The position numbers were made by a program, and so were the translations under genes. Positions 30,221 through 40,627 of a DNA stretch of 64,000 bases are shown here, piece by piece; within the stretch, counting starts at the first letter, position 1; the number at the start of each line of letters is the position of its first letter. The stretch is from contig JBNLFG010000015.1 in assembly GCA_050305405.1 (NCBI GenBank), positions 68,971 to 132,970 of the forward strand. The letters are read 5' to 3'. Origin of the DNA: Anaerolineales bacterium (GTDB taxonomy: Bacteria; Chloroflexota; Anaerolineae; Anaerolineales; Villigracilaceae). Below the pieces are notes generated by a model that searched no databases, had not been told where the DNA came from, and saw only the letters and a program-made list of their open reading frames with translations.

Positions 30221-31617
30221 GCGCGCCCTTCATTTGGATTATTCTGCCTATCATCCTTGCGCCATTCCTGTGGCTGCCCCGTCGTGCCAATCTAACCGCC
30301 TTTTTGGGAGGTTCTGTCGCGCTCTTTTTTGCTGTTTTCGCATGGCTCTTTCCCATTGACACCGCCCTGCGAATTTCGGCAGACATTTCGATAAAACTAT
30401 CGCCATCCCTCACTATTTTAGGACGCCAAATTCTTCTCAGCCCGGAACGACAGCCTTTACTCGTGCTAATCTACGGGATAACAGCGCTCTGGTTCTTCGG
30501 CTCAAGCGCCGCCGGAATCGCCCGTCGTTTGGTCCCGTTAGGGTTAAGCATCACGGCTCTTCTGGTGGCATCGTTAGCAGTGGAACCTTTTCTCTACGCA
30601 GCCCTGCTCATCCAAACCGTTGTCCTGCTCGCTGTACCTCTGCTTTCGCCTCTCGACCAAAAACCCGGGCGTGGCATTTTACGCTTTTTGATCTACCAAA
30701 CACTGGCGATGCCCTTCATTCTCTTTGCAGGTTGGCTATTGGCAGGTGTCGAATCCAGCCCCGGGGATATTGAACTTGTTGTCCAATCAGCAACGCTGCT
30801 GGCATTGGGCTTTGCCTTCCTGCTGGCAATCTTCCCACTCTACACTTGGATCCCGCTATTGCTCGAAGAGACGTCACCCTATGCAGTTGGCTTCATCTTG
30901 TGGCTGCTCTCCACGGCGACATTGCTCTTTGCGATCAGCTTCCTGAACCGCTACGCCTGGCTGCGTGAATTTCCGCAACTACCCACTGCGTTGCGTTCCG
31001 CAGGGTTGCTGATGATAGCAACGGGTGGCATCTGGGCGGCGTTCCAGCGGCATCTCGGTAGATTGATGGGCTATGCAACTGTGATGAATACAGGTTTTGC
31101 GCTGCTCTCCCTGAGCTTATTGCGAGAGTATCAACTCTCGGCATTTTTTCTATTGCTCGTCCCACAGGCTCTGGGATTAGCTGTTTGGTCATTATCTCTC
31201 TCGGTTTTGCAACTACGAGAAGGGTCACTTGAATTAAGTAAGCTGCAGGGCATCCTGCAACGTTACCCGGTTATCTTTTCGGGGTTACTTTTTGCGCATT
31301 TTTCAGCGGCATCCCTGCCTTTGCTGGCTGGTTTTCCGGCAATCCTGTCCATTTGGGAGGGGGTAGCGCGGGAAACAATTGGGGGCGCGCTCTGGGTTGC
31401 TGCGGGGCTGGCAGGTTTATTTATAGGAGCGATCCGCACATTGGCTGTAGGCGTTATGTCTGCTGAAGAAGAGAAATGGTCGCTTGGTGGCAGTTATCTG
31501 CAAAACATCCTGATTGGGATTGGGATGCTTTTCCTTTTGATCTTGGGCATTCTCCCGCAGTGGTTGCATCCGCTGCTGATAAATTTACCGGCTGCATTTG
31601 AACGACTTGGTGGATAA
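30217..31617 (+). CDS. Divergent NuoN/MnhD-like proton-antiporter-family subunit
   Basis: YTWIPLLLEETSPYAVGFILWLLSTATLL aligns to the [22 protein letters not shown] core of PF00361. GYATVMNTGFALLSL resembles AYSSIAHMGF. Confidence 0.6.
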   Translation: MSAPFIWIILPIILAPFLWLPRRANLTAFLGGSVALFFAVFAWLFPIDTALRISADISIKLSPSLTILGRQILLSPERQPLLVLIYGITALWFFGSSAAGIARRLVPLGLSITALLVASLAVEPFLYAALLIQTVVLLAVPLLSPLDQKPGRGILRFLIYQTLAMPFILFAGWLLAGVESSPGDIELVVQSATLLALGFAFLLAIFPLYTWIPLLLEETSPYAVGFILWLLSTATLLFAISFLNRYAWLREFPQLPTALRSAGLLMIATGGIWAAFQRHLGRLMGYATVMNTGFALLSLSLLREYQLSAFFLLLVPQALGLAVWSLSLSVLQLREGSLELSKLQGILQRYPVIFSGLLFAHFSAASLPLLAGFPAILSIWEGVARETIGGALWVAAGLAGLFIGAIRTLAVGVMSAEEEKWSLGGSYLQNILIGIGMLFLLILGILPQWLHPLLINLPAAFERLGG

Positions 31618-31692
31618 TAAAGTTGCATCCAAAAGACAGGATGTTTGACAAGCAGTGCTATAATCTGCCGAGATTGTCACTTGGAGGTTTCC

Positions 31693-32877
31693 ATGGAATT
31701 TGAACAAATCATAAAACAGCTTGACTGGCTGGATGAAGAACGACGTAAAGATAAAGCGACTATCGCTGCGCAAGTAGAGCATATTGCCACGTTAAATGCT
31801 ACATTGAAAACGCTCGAAGAAAAAACAAAATCACTAGAGAAAGAAATGACGGGCTATGCCTCGCTAAATGCCAGAGTGGAACAGTTTGATGGTTTTTTGG
31901 CGCAAGTTCGTGAAGAGATGGGCGAGACCTTTGGCAAGATGGATAAAAGTGCCAAGGTACGAGAAAAAGAATTGATCGAACGCTTTGAGAGCCAACTTCC
32001 TGAATTCAAAGAGGCGATCACAGATATTCGCAGCAAGATCGATGTTTCAGATATTCGGCGTGACCTGAAGACTCGTGAAAACGAAGAGGTGCGTCTGAGC
32101 GCGGCCTTTACCGAGGTAAAGGCCAAGTTTGACGAGGTCGTCAAAAGCAATAAAGACCTGCAATATGCACAAACGCTCTACGAAGAAAATCGCCGTCAGG
32201 ATCAGAAACGTTTCGCTGATACACAGGGCGAGATCGTGGCTTTACGCAAACGACTCGACGAAGAGCGCGACAAACATCAATTGAATACCGACAACCTGAA
32301 AAATATTGATGCTCGTGTTGCGGAAGTGCTCGCAAGCGAACATAAACGTAAACAAGAGCAAACCGAATTTATTGACAAGCAAATGATCCAATACGCAGAC
32401 CGTGAGCGTGTCTGGAACGAATGGCTTGAAAAAGCGGATACCTTTGCAACCCAGACTGAACTACTTGACACTGAGCTTCAAAAGATGAACGAAGCCACAC
32501 GCGCTACCAAAAAAGCGGAAGAAAGCTACGCTGAACTCAGCCAGAAGATCGAACGTCGCGTACATGAGATCACAGAGATGCAGCGCCTTGCAGAAGACCG
32601 CTTGCGTCAGGAATGGGTCACCTTCAAAGCCGATGACCAAAAACGTTGGACGGGCTATGGGCTCACTCAAGATGAGACCATGAAGAATATCCAAAAGGCT
32701 CTGCAAAAGCTCGAAGAGCGCATGACCGACCTTGATGACAGCGCCCAAACCATGCAAGACAAACTCGAACAAACCACAGATGTGACCGAGCATCAGATGC
32801 AGGAATTGATGAATTGGGCGCACGAATGGCTGACGGCTTACGAACGCGTCATGGGGCACACAAAGAAGAGTAGTTAA
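31693..32877 (+). CDS. K/E-rich coiled-coil protein of unknown function
   Basis: GGAGG RBS and a TGcTATAAT extended -10 upstream. Heptad-rich charged sequence. Confidence 0.5.
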   Translation: MEFEQIIKQLDWLDEERRKDKATIAAQVEHIATLNATLKTLEEKTKSLEKEMTGYASLNARVEQFDGFLAQVREEMGETFGKMDKSAKVREKELIERFESQLPEFKEAITDIRSKIDVSDIRRDLKTRENEEVRLSAAFTEVKAKFDEVVKSNKDLQYAQTLYEENRRQDQKRFADTQGEIVALRKRLDEERDKHQLNTDNLKNIDARVAEVLASEHKRKQEQTEFIDKQMIQYADRERVWNEWLEKADTFATQTELLDTELQKMNEATRATKKAEESYAELSQKIERRVHEITEMQRLAEDRLRQEWVTFKADDQKRWTGYGLTQDETMKNIQKALQKLEERMTDLDDSAQTMQDKLEQTTDVTEHQMQELMNWAHEWLTAYERVMGHTKKSS

Positions 32878-32880
32878 TTT

Positions 32881-34749
32881 ATGCGCGTTATCGGCACCGC
32901 CGGACATGTAGACCACGGTAAATCCACCCTCATCGCTGCGCTGACGGGTACCCATCCTGACCGCTTGAAAGAAGAGCAAGAGCGCGAGATGACCATAGAA
33001 CTCGGCTTTGGTTGGCTGACGCTACCCGATGGCGAAGAGATCGGCATTGTCGATGTCCCCGGTCACCGCGATTTTATCGGCAACATGCTCGCGGGCATTG
33101 GCGGCATTGATGCAGTGGTACTCGTCATCGCCGCCGACGAAGGCGTGATGCCCCAAACCAAAGAGCATCTCGCCATTCTCGACCTGCTTCAAATCCCCAG
33201 CGGCATGGTTGCCCTGACCAAAACCGATCTCGTCCCCGATGCTGAGTGGCTCGACCTCGTCGAAGCCGACATCCGCGAGAGCCTTGAAGGCACGGTACTC
33301 GAAAATGCGCCTTTTGTGCGAGTCTCCGCCAAAGCCAAAACGGGCTTAGACGAGTTCCTAACCACACTTACAAACCTACTGAAAGACAAACCCGAGCGTC
33401 TTGATCTCGGTCGCCCGCGCCTGCCGATTGACCGCACCTTCACCATCGCGGGCTTCGGCACGGTCGTCACCGGCACACTCGCGGATGGCAGTCTAAGCAT
33501 CGGTGATGAAGTCGTCGTGCTGCCATCCGGTCAAAAGGGGCGCGTGCGCGGTCTCCAAACCCACAAGAAAAAAGAAGAATTTTCCGTTCCTGGCAGCCGC
33601 ACCGCTGTCAATATCTCCGGTATTTCGCTCGAAGATATTCGGCGCGGCGAAGTTGTCGTCAAACCGGGACAATATGAATCGACACGCCGACTAGACACGC
33701 ATCTGCGCCTGCTGGATGATATATCCCAACCACTGAAGCATAATACCGAAGTGAAACTCTTCGTCGGCGCGTCCGAGACGATCGCGACCCTGCGCTTGCT
33801 CGGCGTCGAGATGCTTAATCCCGGTGACGAGGGCTGGATCCAACTAGAACTACGCGACCCGACCGTAACCGTGCGCGGCGACCGCTACATCCTGCGCCGC
33901 CCCTCCCCTGCCGAAACGCTTGGCGGCGGCGTGATCGTCGATCATCAACCCAAAGGTCGCCACAAACGCTTTGACGAGAAAGCCATCGAAAAACTGACAT
34001 CGCTCATGGCTGGCTCACCCGCCGACTTACTCTATCAAGCCTCCCTGACGAATGGAGCCGACCTGCTCCAAAACCTGATCCGCGATGCCCGTCTTGAAGA
34101 AGCCGATGCTGCAATAGCCATCGATGAACTTTTTACAGAAGGTAAACTGACCGAACTCGCCAATAAATATGTTATGGCAACGCCCCAATGGGAAACGCTC
34201 CAGAGCCGCACCGTGAATATGGTCACGACCTATCACGAGAATTTTCCTTTGCGGCGTGGCGTGCCGCGCGAGGAGTTGAAGAGCAGGCTCAAGATCGACA
34301 CGAAACTCTTCAACGCCATGTTGACAAAACTCGTCGAGGCAGAGCTGCTCGTCGAAGCGGGGAAAACGGTCGCCCTGCCGACACACGGCATCACGTTTGG
34401 GAGCAAGGAGCAAGCCAAAATTTCAGAGTTGATGCGCCAATTTGATGCAAATCCCTTCTCACCGCCAACAGTCAAATTAGCCACCGAGGAAGTTGGCGAG
34501 GAAATCTTCAACGCCTTAGTCGTACTTGAAGAGTTGATCCAACTTTCGGCAGAGGTGGTTTTCCGTAAATCCGATTATGAAAAAATGATTGGCATGCTGC
34601 GCGAGTATTTGGCAGCGAACGAAAAAATCACCGTCGCCAATGCGCGTGACTTGTACAACACCAGCCGTCGCTACGTGCTGGCCTTTTTGGAGCATCTCGA
34701 TGCCCAGCGCGTGACCCGACGCGATGGCGATTACCGGGTCTTAAACTAA
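32881..34749 (+). CDS. selB: Selenocysteine-specific translation elongation factor SelB
   Basis: MRVIGTAGHVDHGKSTLIAALTG G-domain. Roughly 620 aa with C-terminal winged-helix SECIS-binding domains. Confidence 0.85.
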   Translation: MRVIGTAGHVDHGKSTLIAALTGTHPDRLKEEQEREMTIELGFGWLTLPDGEEIGIVDVPGHRDFIGNMLAGIGGIDAVVLVIAADEGVMPQTKEHLAILDLLQIPSGMVALTKTDLVPDAEWLDLVEADIRESLEGTVLENAPFVRVSAKAKTGLDEFLTTLTNLLKDKPERLDLGRPRLPIDRTFTIAGFGTVVTGTLADGSLSIGDEVVVLPSGQKGRVRGLQTHKKKEEFSVPGSRTAVNISGISLEDIRRGEVVVKPGQYESTRRLDTHLRLLDDISQPLKHNTEVKLFVGASETIATLRLLGVEMLNPGDEGWIQLELRDPTVTVRGDRYILRRPSPAETLGGGVIVDHQPKGRHKRFDEKAIEKLTSLMAGSPADLLYQASLTNGADLLQNLIRDARLEEADAAIAIDELFTEGKLTELANKYVMATPQWETLQSRTVNMVTTYHENFPLRRGVPREELKSRLKIDTKLFNAMLTKLVEAELLVEAGKTVALPTHGITFGSKEQAKISELMRQFDANPFSPPTVKLATEEVGEEIFNALVVLEELIQLSAEVVFRKSDYEKMIGMLREYLAANEKITVANARDLYNTSRRYVLAFLEHLDAQRVTRRDGDYRVLN

Positions 34750-35414
34750 TGTGCGGACGATTTACCCTAACAACCAACCCAGCCGAAGCCCAAGGTGCCT
34801 TCCGCGGCTTTGGCTTCCCGCCTGTTTTTGCGCCGCGCTTCAACATCGCGCCGAGTCAGCCGCTTTTGGCGATTCCCAACGACGGCAGTAGACAAGCGAC
34901 CTTCTTTTTATGGGGCTTCATGCCCACTTGGGCAAAAGATGCCAATTTTGAAAGACGGCTCATCAACGCACGCGGCGAAACGCTGGCAGAAAAACCATCC
35001 TTTAAAGGGGCATATAAATATCGCCGCTGCCTGATTCTGGCGGATGGTTTTTATGAATGGAAAACGCTCTCCGGGCAAAAAACACCGCATTTTATTTTTA
35101 TGAAATCGCGCCAGCCTTTCGCCTTCGCCGGTCTCTGGTCCGATTGGGAAAGCGCAGATGGCTCAACGCTCAAAACCTGCACAATTATCACGACGGAACC
35201 AAACGAACTGATGCGCCCCATCCACAAGCGGATGCCCGTCATCCTGCCGCCTTCCGCTTACCAAGCCTGGCTCGACCCGCGCCCGCGAAATGACTTGCAA
35301 CCGTTATTGAAACCCTATCCCGCCGAGGATATGGATGCGTACCCCGTCTCGACCCTCGTCAATAACCCCGCCAACGAACGTGCGGAGTGCGTCGTACCGA
35401 GCACGTTGATGTAG
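34749..35414 (+). CDS. SOS-response-associated peptidase (SRAP / YedK family)
   Basis: N-terminal MCGRF catalytic Cys2 motif. Overlaps the selB stop codon. Confidence 0.85.
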   Translation: MCGRFTLTTNPAEAQGAFRGFGFPPVFAPRFNIAPSQPLLAIPNDGSRQATFFLWGFMPTWAKDANFERRLINARGETLAEKPSFKGAYKYRRCLILADGFYEWKTLSGQKTPHFIFMKSRQPFAFAGLWSDWESADGSTLKTCTIITTEPNELMRPIHKRMPVILPPSAYQAWLDPRPRNDLQPLLKPYPAEDMDAYPVSTLVNNPANERAECVVPSTLM

Positions 35415-35555
35415 GAAAAGAAAAAAATCACATCTTCATCATTGCGAGGCAGCTCTACCGCCGAAGCAATATCCAACTCAAGGCGGGGAGATTGCTTCAC
35501 TCCATTCGAAATGACATGTTTTTTTGAAATTGCATAAGAAAAATAGAGAGAATTT

Positions 35556-36728
35556 ATGATTCCAGGTTTGGATGGCTTACGTGCCATCGCTTTTTTATTG
35601 GTTTTTGCCATACATACAGACTACCTGAACTTTGGTTGGATGGGGGTGCAACTATTTTTCGTTTTGTCGGGCTTTCTCATTACGGGAATTTTGCTCGACA
35701 TGAAGGAATACCTGCCGAAAAAAGAATATTACGCCAAATTTTACGGGCGCCGCTTTTTACGCATTTTTCCGCTTTATTATTTTTATCTACTACTGATGAC
35801 GGGCATCGCCAATTGGCTAAAAAGTCTTGCCTATCGCCCGCAAAAGATGCAGACATTCCTCGACCAAGCTCCCTACGCGATGGTCTACGTCTACAACTTC
35901 TTTTACGCCAGCGCCAAATTTGAACATACCGCCCTGCTGGAACACTTTTGGTCTCTGTCGGTCGAAGAACAATTTTATATCTTCTGGCCGCTGCTAATTA
36001 TGTTAACACCCAAGAAGCATTTGAAAAAACTCTTCGTGGGCGCAATTTTTGGCGGTTTGGGCTTTCGTATTTTGTATACGGTCTTCTATCGTATTTATCC
36101 GCTGCCCTTTTTTCAAGAGAACATGGCAATCGCGCTCTATGCGCTGCCGTTCACCCATTTGGATGCCTTCGGCTTTGGCGCTTTTTTGACACACTTCGAG
36201 TTCAAGAAACCGAAGCTACAGCTGGCTATTTTAGCGGTACTCACCCCCCTGCTTGGATTTGGTACCCGCTACCTGACCACTGGTTCGTGGACCGATCACC
36301 TAACCGGATTTGGCTATCCATTCGCAATGCCAAAGGGAGGGCAATATATTTGGGGCTATACCATCCTAAACTATCTCTTTGCGGTGTTGATTTATCTAGT
36401 TATGCGCGAGAAACTTTTTGTGCGTTTTCTCGAGTTGCCCTGGCTGCGTTATTTGGGCAAAATCTCTTATGGGCTATACGTTTATCACTTTGCGGTGATC
36501 TGGTTTACGGGACGAGTTATCTTTGATATTGTTGGGAAAAATCTGACTTATTCGCAGGGTGTATTCATCCAGGCTGTGATTAGTTTCGCAATCACGGTCT
36601 TACTTGCTTCAGCAAGTTATTATTTCCTAGAGAAACCCTTGCTCTCGCTGAAAAGCCGCTTGTTTCCCGTTCGCTCGCGCAAGCCAGAGACATTTTTCAA
36701 CGATACAAACGGCCTGATCTCAGATTAA
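35556..36728 (+). CDS. Acyltransferase family 3 (OatA-like) membrane protein
   Basis: IPGLDGLRAIAFLLVFxxH signature. Confidence 0.8.
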   Translation: MIPGLDGLRAIAFLLVFAIHTDYLNFGWMGVQLFFVLSGFLITGILLDMKEYLPKKEYYAKFYGRRFLRIFPLYYFYLLLMTGIANWLKSLAYRPQKMQTFLDQAPYAMVYVYNFFYASAKFEHTALLEHFWSLSVEEQFYIFWPLLIMLTPKKHLKKLFVGAIFGGLGFRILYTVFYRIYPLPFFQENMAIALYALPFTHLDAFGFGAFLTHFEFKKPKLQLAILAVLTPLLGFGTRYLTTGSWTDHLTGFGYPFAMPKGGQYIWGYTILNYLFAVLIYLVMREKLFVRFLELPWLRYLGKISYGLYVYHFAVIWFTGRVIFDIVGKNLTYSQGVFIQAVISFAITVLLASASYYFLEKPLLSLKSRLFPVRSRKPETFFNDTNGLISD

Positions 36729-36783
36729 AACCTTCTCATCCCTTGCTTGACTGTCCATTTTGCCCATGATATGATGCCGAGCA

Positions 36784-38007
36784 GTGAGTAATATGGATAA
36801 TAACTTCTTAGATCAAGATCCCGAGGCAGAGCAGGGGGCGAGCGCTGAAAACGGGAAAAAGTCTCGTGCAGAACGTTCCCCCAATTTCTTTAGCCGTTCA
36901 CTGGAGTTTCTACTTCAGTTAGGTTTGGGTGAAACGACCTTACGTGTGGCAAGCAACGCCCTTCTTCTAATCGTTGTCGTTGGGGTGATTCTTCTGATGC
37001 GGGAATTCTATTCCGATTCAAGCGATAGCCCAAGCGGGCAAAACGCTTTGATAGCAGAACCCACGCCCAATACCGAGATCGCAATCGATGATGCTCCGGT
37101 GGTCGTCAGCCCCGATGCGGGCGGCATTCCGCGTATGGCATTGATCCACACCACAATCCCCTCCCGCCCACGTTTGGAAGTGGTGCCTTATGATGTCCAA
37201 GAGGGCGACACGGTTTTCGGGATCAGCGAAAAATATAATTTAACGCCCCAAACCATTTTGTGGGGTAACTACAATATTTTATTAGATGATCCGCACAACC
37301 TGCGCGCAGGGCAAACCCTGAATATTCTTCCGGTCAATGGCACCTACTATGAATGGCAGGATGGTGACGGCTTAAACGGCGTCGCCGACTTCTTCGGTGT
37401 TGACCCTGATGTAATCATAGACTATCCATCCAATCATCTGGACAAGGCCACCATCGGCGATTACGCCAATCCAAATATCCAACCGGGGACCTGGTTGATC
37501 GTACCGGGCGGGGAACGTCTCTTCATCTCGTGGAGTGCGCCTGCCGGAATCACCCGTGAAGACCCTGCCAACTCCTATATTCTGGGGGATGGTGCCTGTG
37601 AAGCGATCACTGGCGGTGCGATAGGCTACGGCGCGTTTGTTTGGCCCTCTGCAAACCATTATCTTTCTGGCTACAACTGGTCCCCCGAGACCAATCATCG
37701 CGGCATCGACATTGCGGGGCAGGAAGGCATGGCCATCTTCGCCGCCGATGCAGGCGTGGTGGTTTACTCCGGCTGGAATAATTATGGCTATGGCAATGTG
37801 GTCATTCTCGATCATGGCACCGGCTTCCAGACACTTTACGCGCACATGAGCGCTATCAATGTAGGGTGTGGTCAGAGCGTCGGGCAGGGTGAAGTGATCG
37901 GTGCTTTTGGCAACACAGGCAACTCGTCTGGTGCCCATTTGCATTTTGAGATCATGACCTCGCGCTATGGCAAAGTCAACCCATGGGATTTCCTCCCCCC
38001 ACCCTAA
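36784..38007 (+). CDS. LysM-domain M23 metallopeptidase (membrane-anchored)
   Basis: LysM (YDVQEGDTVFGISEKYNL) and M23 HxxxD...HLHFE motifs. Confidence 0.8.
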   Translation: MSNMDNNFLDQDPEAEQGASAENGKKSRAERSPNFFSRSLEFLLQLGLGETTLRVASNALLLIVVVGVILLMREFYSDSSDSPSGQNALIAEPTPNTEIAIDDAPVVVSPDAGGIPRMALIHTTIPSRPRLEVVPYDVQEGDTVFGISEKYNLTPQTILWGNYNILLDDPHNLRAGQTLNILPVNGTYYEWQDGDGLNGVADFFGVDPDVIIDYPSNHLDKATIGDYANPNIQPGTWLIVPGGERLFISWSAPAGITREDPANSYILGDGACEAITGGAIGYGAFVWPSANHYLSGYNWSPETNHRGIDIAGQEGMAIFAADAGVVVYSGWNNYGYGNVVILDHGTGFQTLYAHMSAINVGCGQSVGQGEVIGAFGNTGNSSGAHLHFEIMTSRYGKVNPWDFLPPP

Positions 38008-38084
38008 TGTTACGCGGTACAATAGCGCGCTTACTTTTACAAAAGCAGTTTTTGAAGAAATTTCAAAAACTGCTTTTTTTCGGG

Positions 38085-39458
38085 ATGAATATGGACCTGT
38101 CATTTTTTCGCGATAAAGAATTTATTAGCAGAATGTTGAAATTGGCGATTCCGGTCGCTTTTCAACAATTTATTTCCGCTGGCCTCAATATGGTCGATGT
38201 GCTCATGGTCGGGCAATTGGGTGAGGCCGCCATCGCCGCCTTAGGTTTAGCTAACCAGGTCTTCTTTCTCTTCATCCTTTTTCTCTTCGGCATCACCAGC
38301 GGGATGGCAATCTTCACCGCTCAATTCTGGGGCAAGGGCGATACAGAGAGCATTCACAAAGTGCTAGGCATCAGCCTGACGGTTGCCTCGCTAATCGGCA
38401 TCTTCTTTTCCCTCGCTGCGACCCTCTTTCCTGAGACGATCTTGCGCTTTTACACCGAAGACAGCGAAGTCATCGCACTTGCCAGCAGCTATCTGCGCAT
38501 TGTCGGGTTCTCCTATATTTTCACCGCAATCGTCACCTCCTACCACGCCGTTTTACGCAGCATCACACAGGTCAAATTGGCTGTCACAGTTAGTGTGATC
38601 GCCCTGATCCTGAAATCGATTCTTAGCTATCTACTCATTTTTGGGATTGGCGGACTGCCCGCGCTCGGCGTGCGCGGGGCCGCAATCGCGACTGCTTTTG
38701 GTTGGGTATTCCAATTCATCTTGATTTTAATTTTGATATATACCCTTAAAACGCCCCTGGCAGTTAATCCGTTAACCTTCTTCCGCTTTGATCGTACCTT
38801 TCTCTTCCGCGTTCTGGGCACAGCCATGCCTGCTGCGATCAATGAGGTCTTTTGGTCAGTCGGCATCACCATCTATAATGCCGTTTACGCCCATATCAGC
38901 ACCGGCGCAATCGCTGCAGTCCAGATCAATGCAAGCATCGAAGAAGTTGCCTTTGTACTTTTCATCGGTCTGGGAAATGCTTGTGCGATCATGATTGGCA
39001 ACGAGATCGGAGCCGGTGAGAAAGAAACTGCATTTGAACATAGCCGCCGTTTTCTAATCATCACTGTGTTAATTGCAATCTTATCGGGTATCATTATTTT
39101 GATTATTCGAGAACCTGTCATCAGCCTGTATAAAATATCCCCTGAAGTTGCTCATAGTGCCTACCAACTGATGACCATATTTGCGCTAACCGCTTGGTTG
39201 CGCTCAATAAACTTCATCCTTTTCATTGGAGCTTTGCGCGCAGGCGGGGACACGAAATTCGCCATGTTCATGGAAATCTTCTCGATCTGGGCAATTGGCG
39301 TCCCCGCCGCATTGATTGGCGGCTTCGTTTTACATCTCCCCGTCTATGGCGTTTATCTACTCGTATTAAGCGAAGAATTGGTCAAAATCTTTATCATCTC
39401 CAAACGCTACCGTTCTCGCAAATGGATCCACGATCTTGTTGGCTCTCCAGCTCATTAG
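38085..39458 (+). CDS. MATE family efflux transporter
   Basis: 12-TM topology and MATE-typical N-terminus. Start taken at the MNMD Met. Confidence 0.75.
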   Translation: MNMDLSFFRDKEFISRMLKLAIPVAFQQFISAGLNMVDVLMVGQLGEAAIAALGLANQVFFLFILFLFGITSGMAIFTAQFWGKGDTESIHKVLGISLTVASLIGIFFSLAATLFPETILRFYTEDSEVIALASSYLRIVGFSYIFTAIVTSYHAVLRSITQVKLAVTVSVIALILKSILSYLLIFGIGGLPALGVRGAAIATAFGWVFQFILILILIYTLKTPLAVNPLTFFRFDRTFLFRVLGTAMPAAINEVFWSVGITIYNAVYAHISTGAIAAVQINASIEEVAFVLFIGLGNACAIMIGNEIGAGEKETAFEHSRRFLIITVLIAILSGIIILIIREPVISLYKISPEVAHSAYQLMTIFALTAWLRSINFILFIGALRAGGDTKFAMFMEIFSIWAIGVPAALIGGFVLHLPVYGVYLLVLSEELVKIFIISKRYRSRKWIHDLVGSPAH

Positions 39459-39483
39459 GAATATCCTTCAGGAGTTCGAAAGA

Positions 39484-40503
39484 ATGAAAAAATCTTATCC
39501 GTTCGTATTAACAATCCTGGCACTCTCACTCATACTGATTAGTTGTGGTCAAAACGAGCAGATGATCGAAGAACGCGTTGCGCAGACACAAGCCGCCATC
39601 GCAATCAGTTGGACAGAAACTGCCCAAGCGATACAACCATCTCCCACAATAGAGCCAACAGCAACCGCAATCACGCTTGCGACAGCAACTTCCACACCAC
39701 AACCCTACTCCAGCCTGCCGCCCGAAGAATGGCGTGAATGGCCTGTCATCCCAACAATGCTTAGCGAGCGCATGATTACCATCTATGAGTTGGGACAAAT
39801 AACAGGCAATAATCCAAACGCCTTCACCAAAATCGGTGACTGCCATAGTATACCCCCTGAATTTTTCGCTGTCTTTGAAACCGGCAATTATGATCTTGGT
39901 AATTATGATTACTTGCAAGAAACCATCGACTATTTCCCTGGTTCTTTTGAACGTCAGGGGCGTGCTGCGAAATTAGGTTTAACTGCGACGGGTGTTTTGA
40001 GCGTCCTGTGGAACGACTGGAAAGATTGCACGCCAATGGAAACCCCGCTCGATTGTGAGTATCGCTTGAATACCCCGAGCTTTGCAATCATTTCATTGGG
40101 GACAAACGATGCCAATGGTGTTGCGCCCTTCGAGACCACGCTGCGCCGCGTAATTGATGTGACCATCGGGCATGGTGTGGTTCCCATTCTCGCTACCAAG
40201 GCGGATAATGCTGAGGGTGACAACTCGATTAACGAGACGATTGCGCGCCTTGCTTATGAATACGAAATTCCCATGTGGAATTTTTGGCGCGCTGTCCAGC
40301 CCTTGCCCGATCATGGCGTTATCCTGCCGGATCACCGTGAGCATCTTTCATACTCTGGCATTGCCAGCACAGGCGACTTACGCGAGGAATATCTCGAGTT
40401 CGGCTACAACACCCGTAATTTAACGGGGCTGCAAGTTCTGGATATTGTGCGCAGAAATATTATCGGCGAGCCGCTCGAACTGATTCCAACGCCTTTGCCA
40501 TAA
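39484..40503 (+). CDS. SGNH/GDSL-type hydrolase lipoprotein
   Basis: Lipobox LISC. Block I GDCHS and block II LGTND motifs. Confidence 0.55.
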   Translation: MKKSYPFVLTILALSLILISCGQNEQMIEERVAQTQAAIAISWTETAQAIQPSPTIEPTATAITLATATSTPQPYSSLPPEEWREWPVIPTMLSERMITIYELGQITGNNPNAFTKIGDCHSIPPEFFAVFETGNYDLGNYDYLQETIDYFPGSFERQGRAAKLGLTATGVLSVLWNDWKDCTPMETPLDCEYRLNTPSFAIISLGTNDANGVAPFETTLRRVIDVTIGHGVVPILATKADNAEGDNSINETIARLAYEYEIPMWNFWRAVQPLPDHGVILPDHREHLSYSGIASTGDLREEYLEFGYNTRNLTGLQVLDIVRRNIIGEPLELIPTPLP

Positions 40504-40526
40504 AGAAGGCAGATAGAGGATTAACG

Positions 40527-40560
40527 AAAGGAGGGATGCCCTGTATGGGCCTCCCTCCTT
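40527..40560. terminator. Bidirectional intrinsic terminator
   Basis: AGGAGGGATGCCC-tgta-GGGCCTCCCTCCT followed by TTTTT. Confidence 0.7.
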
Positions 40561-40627
40561 TTTATTTAATTCCCTTGAAGCATTTCTATTATTTAGCTTA
40601 AAACACTATCGAAAATTCCAAGTGGGG

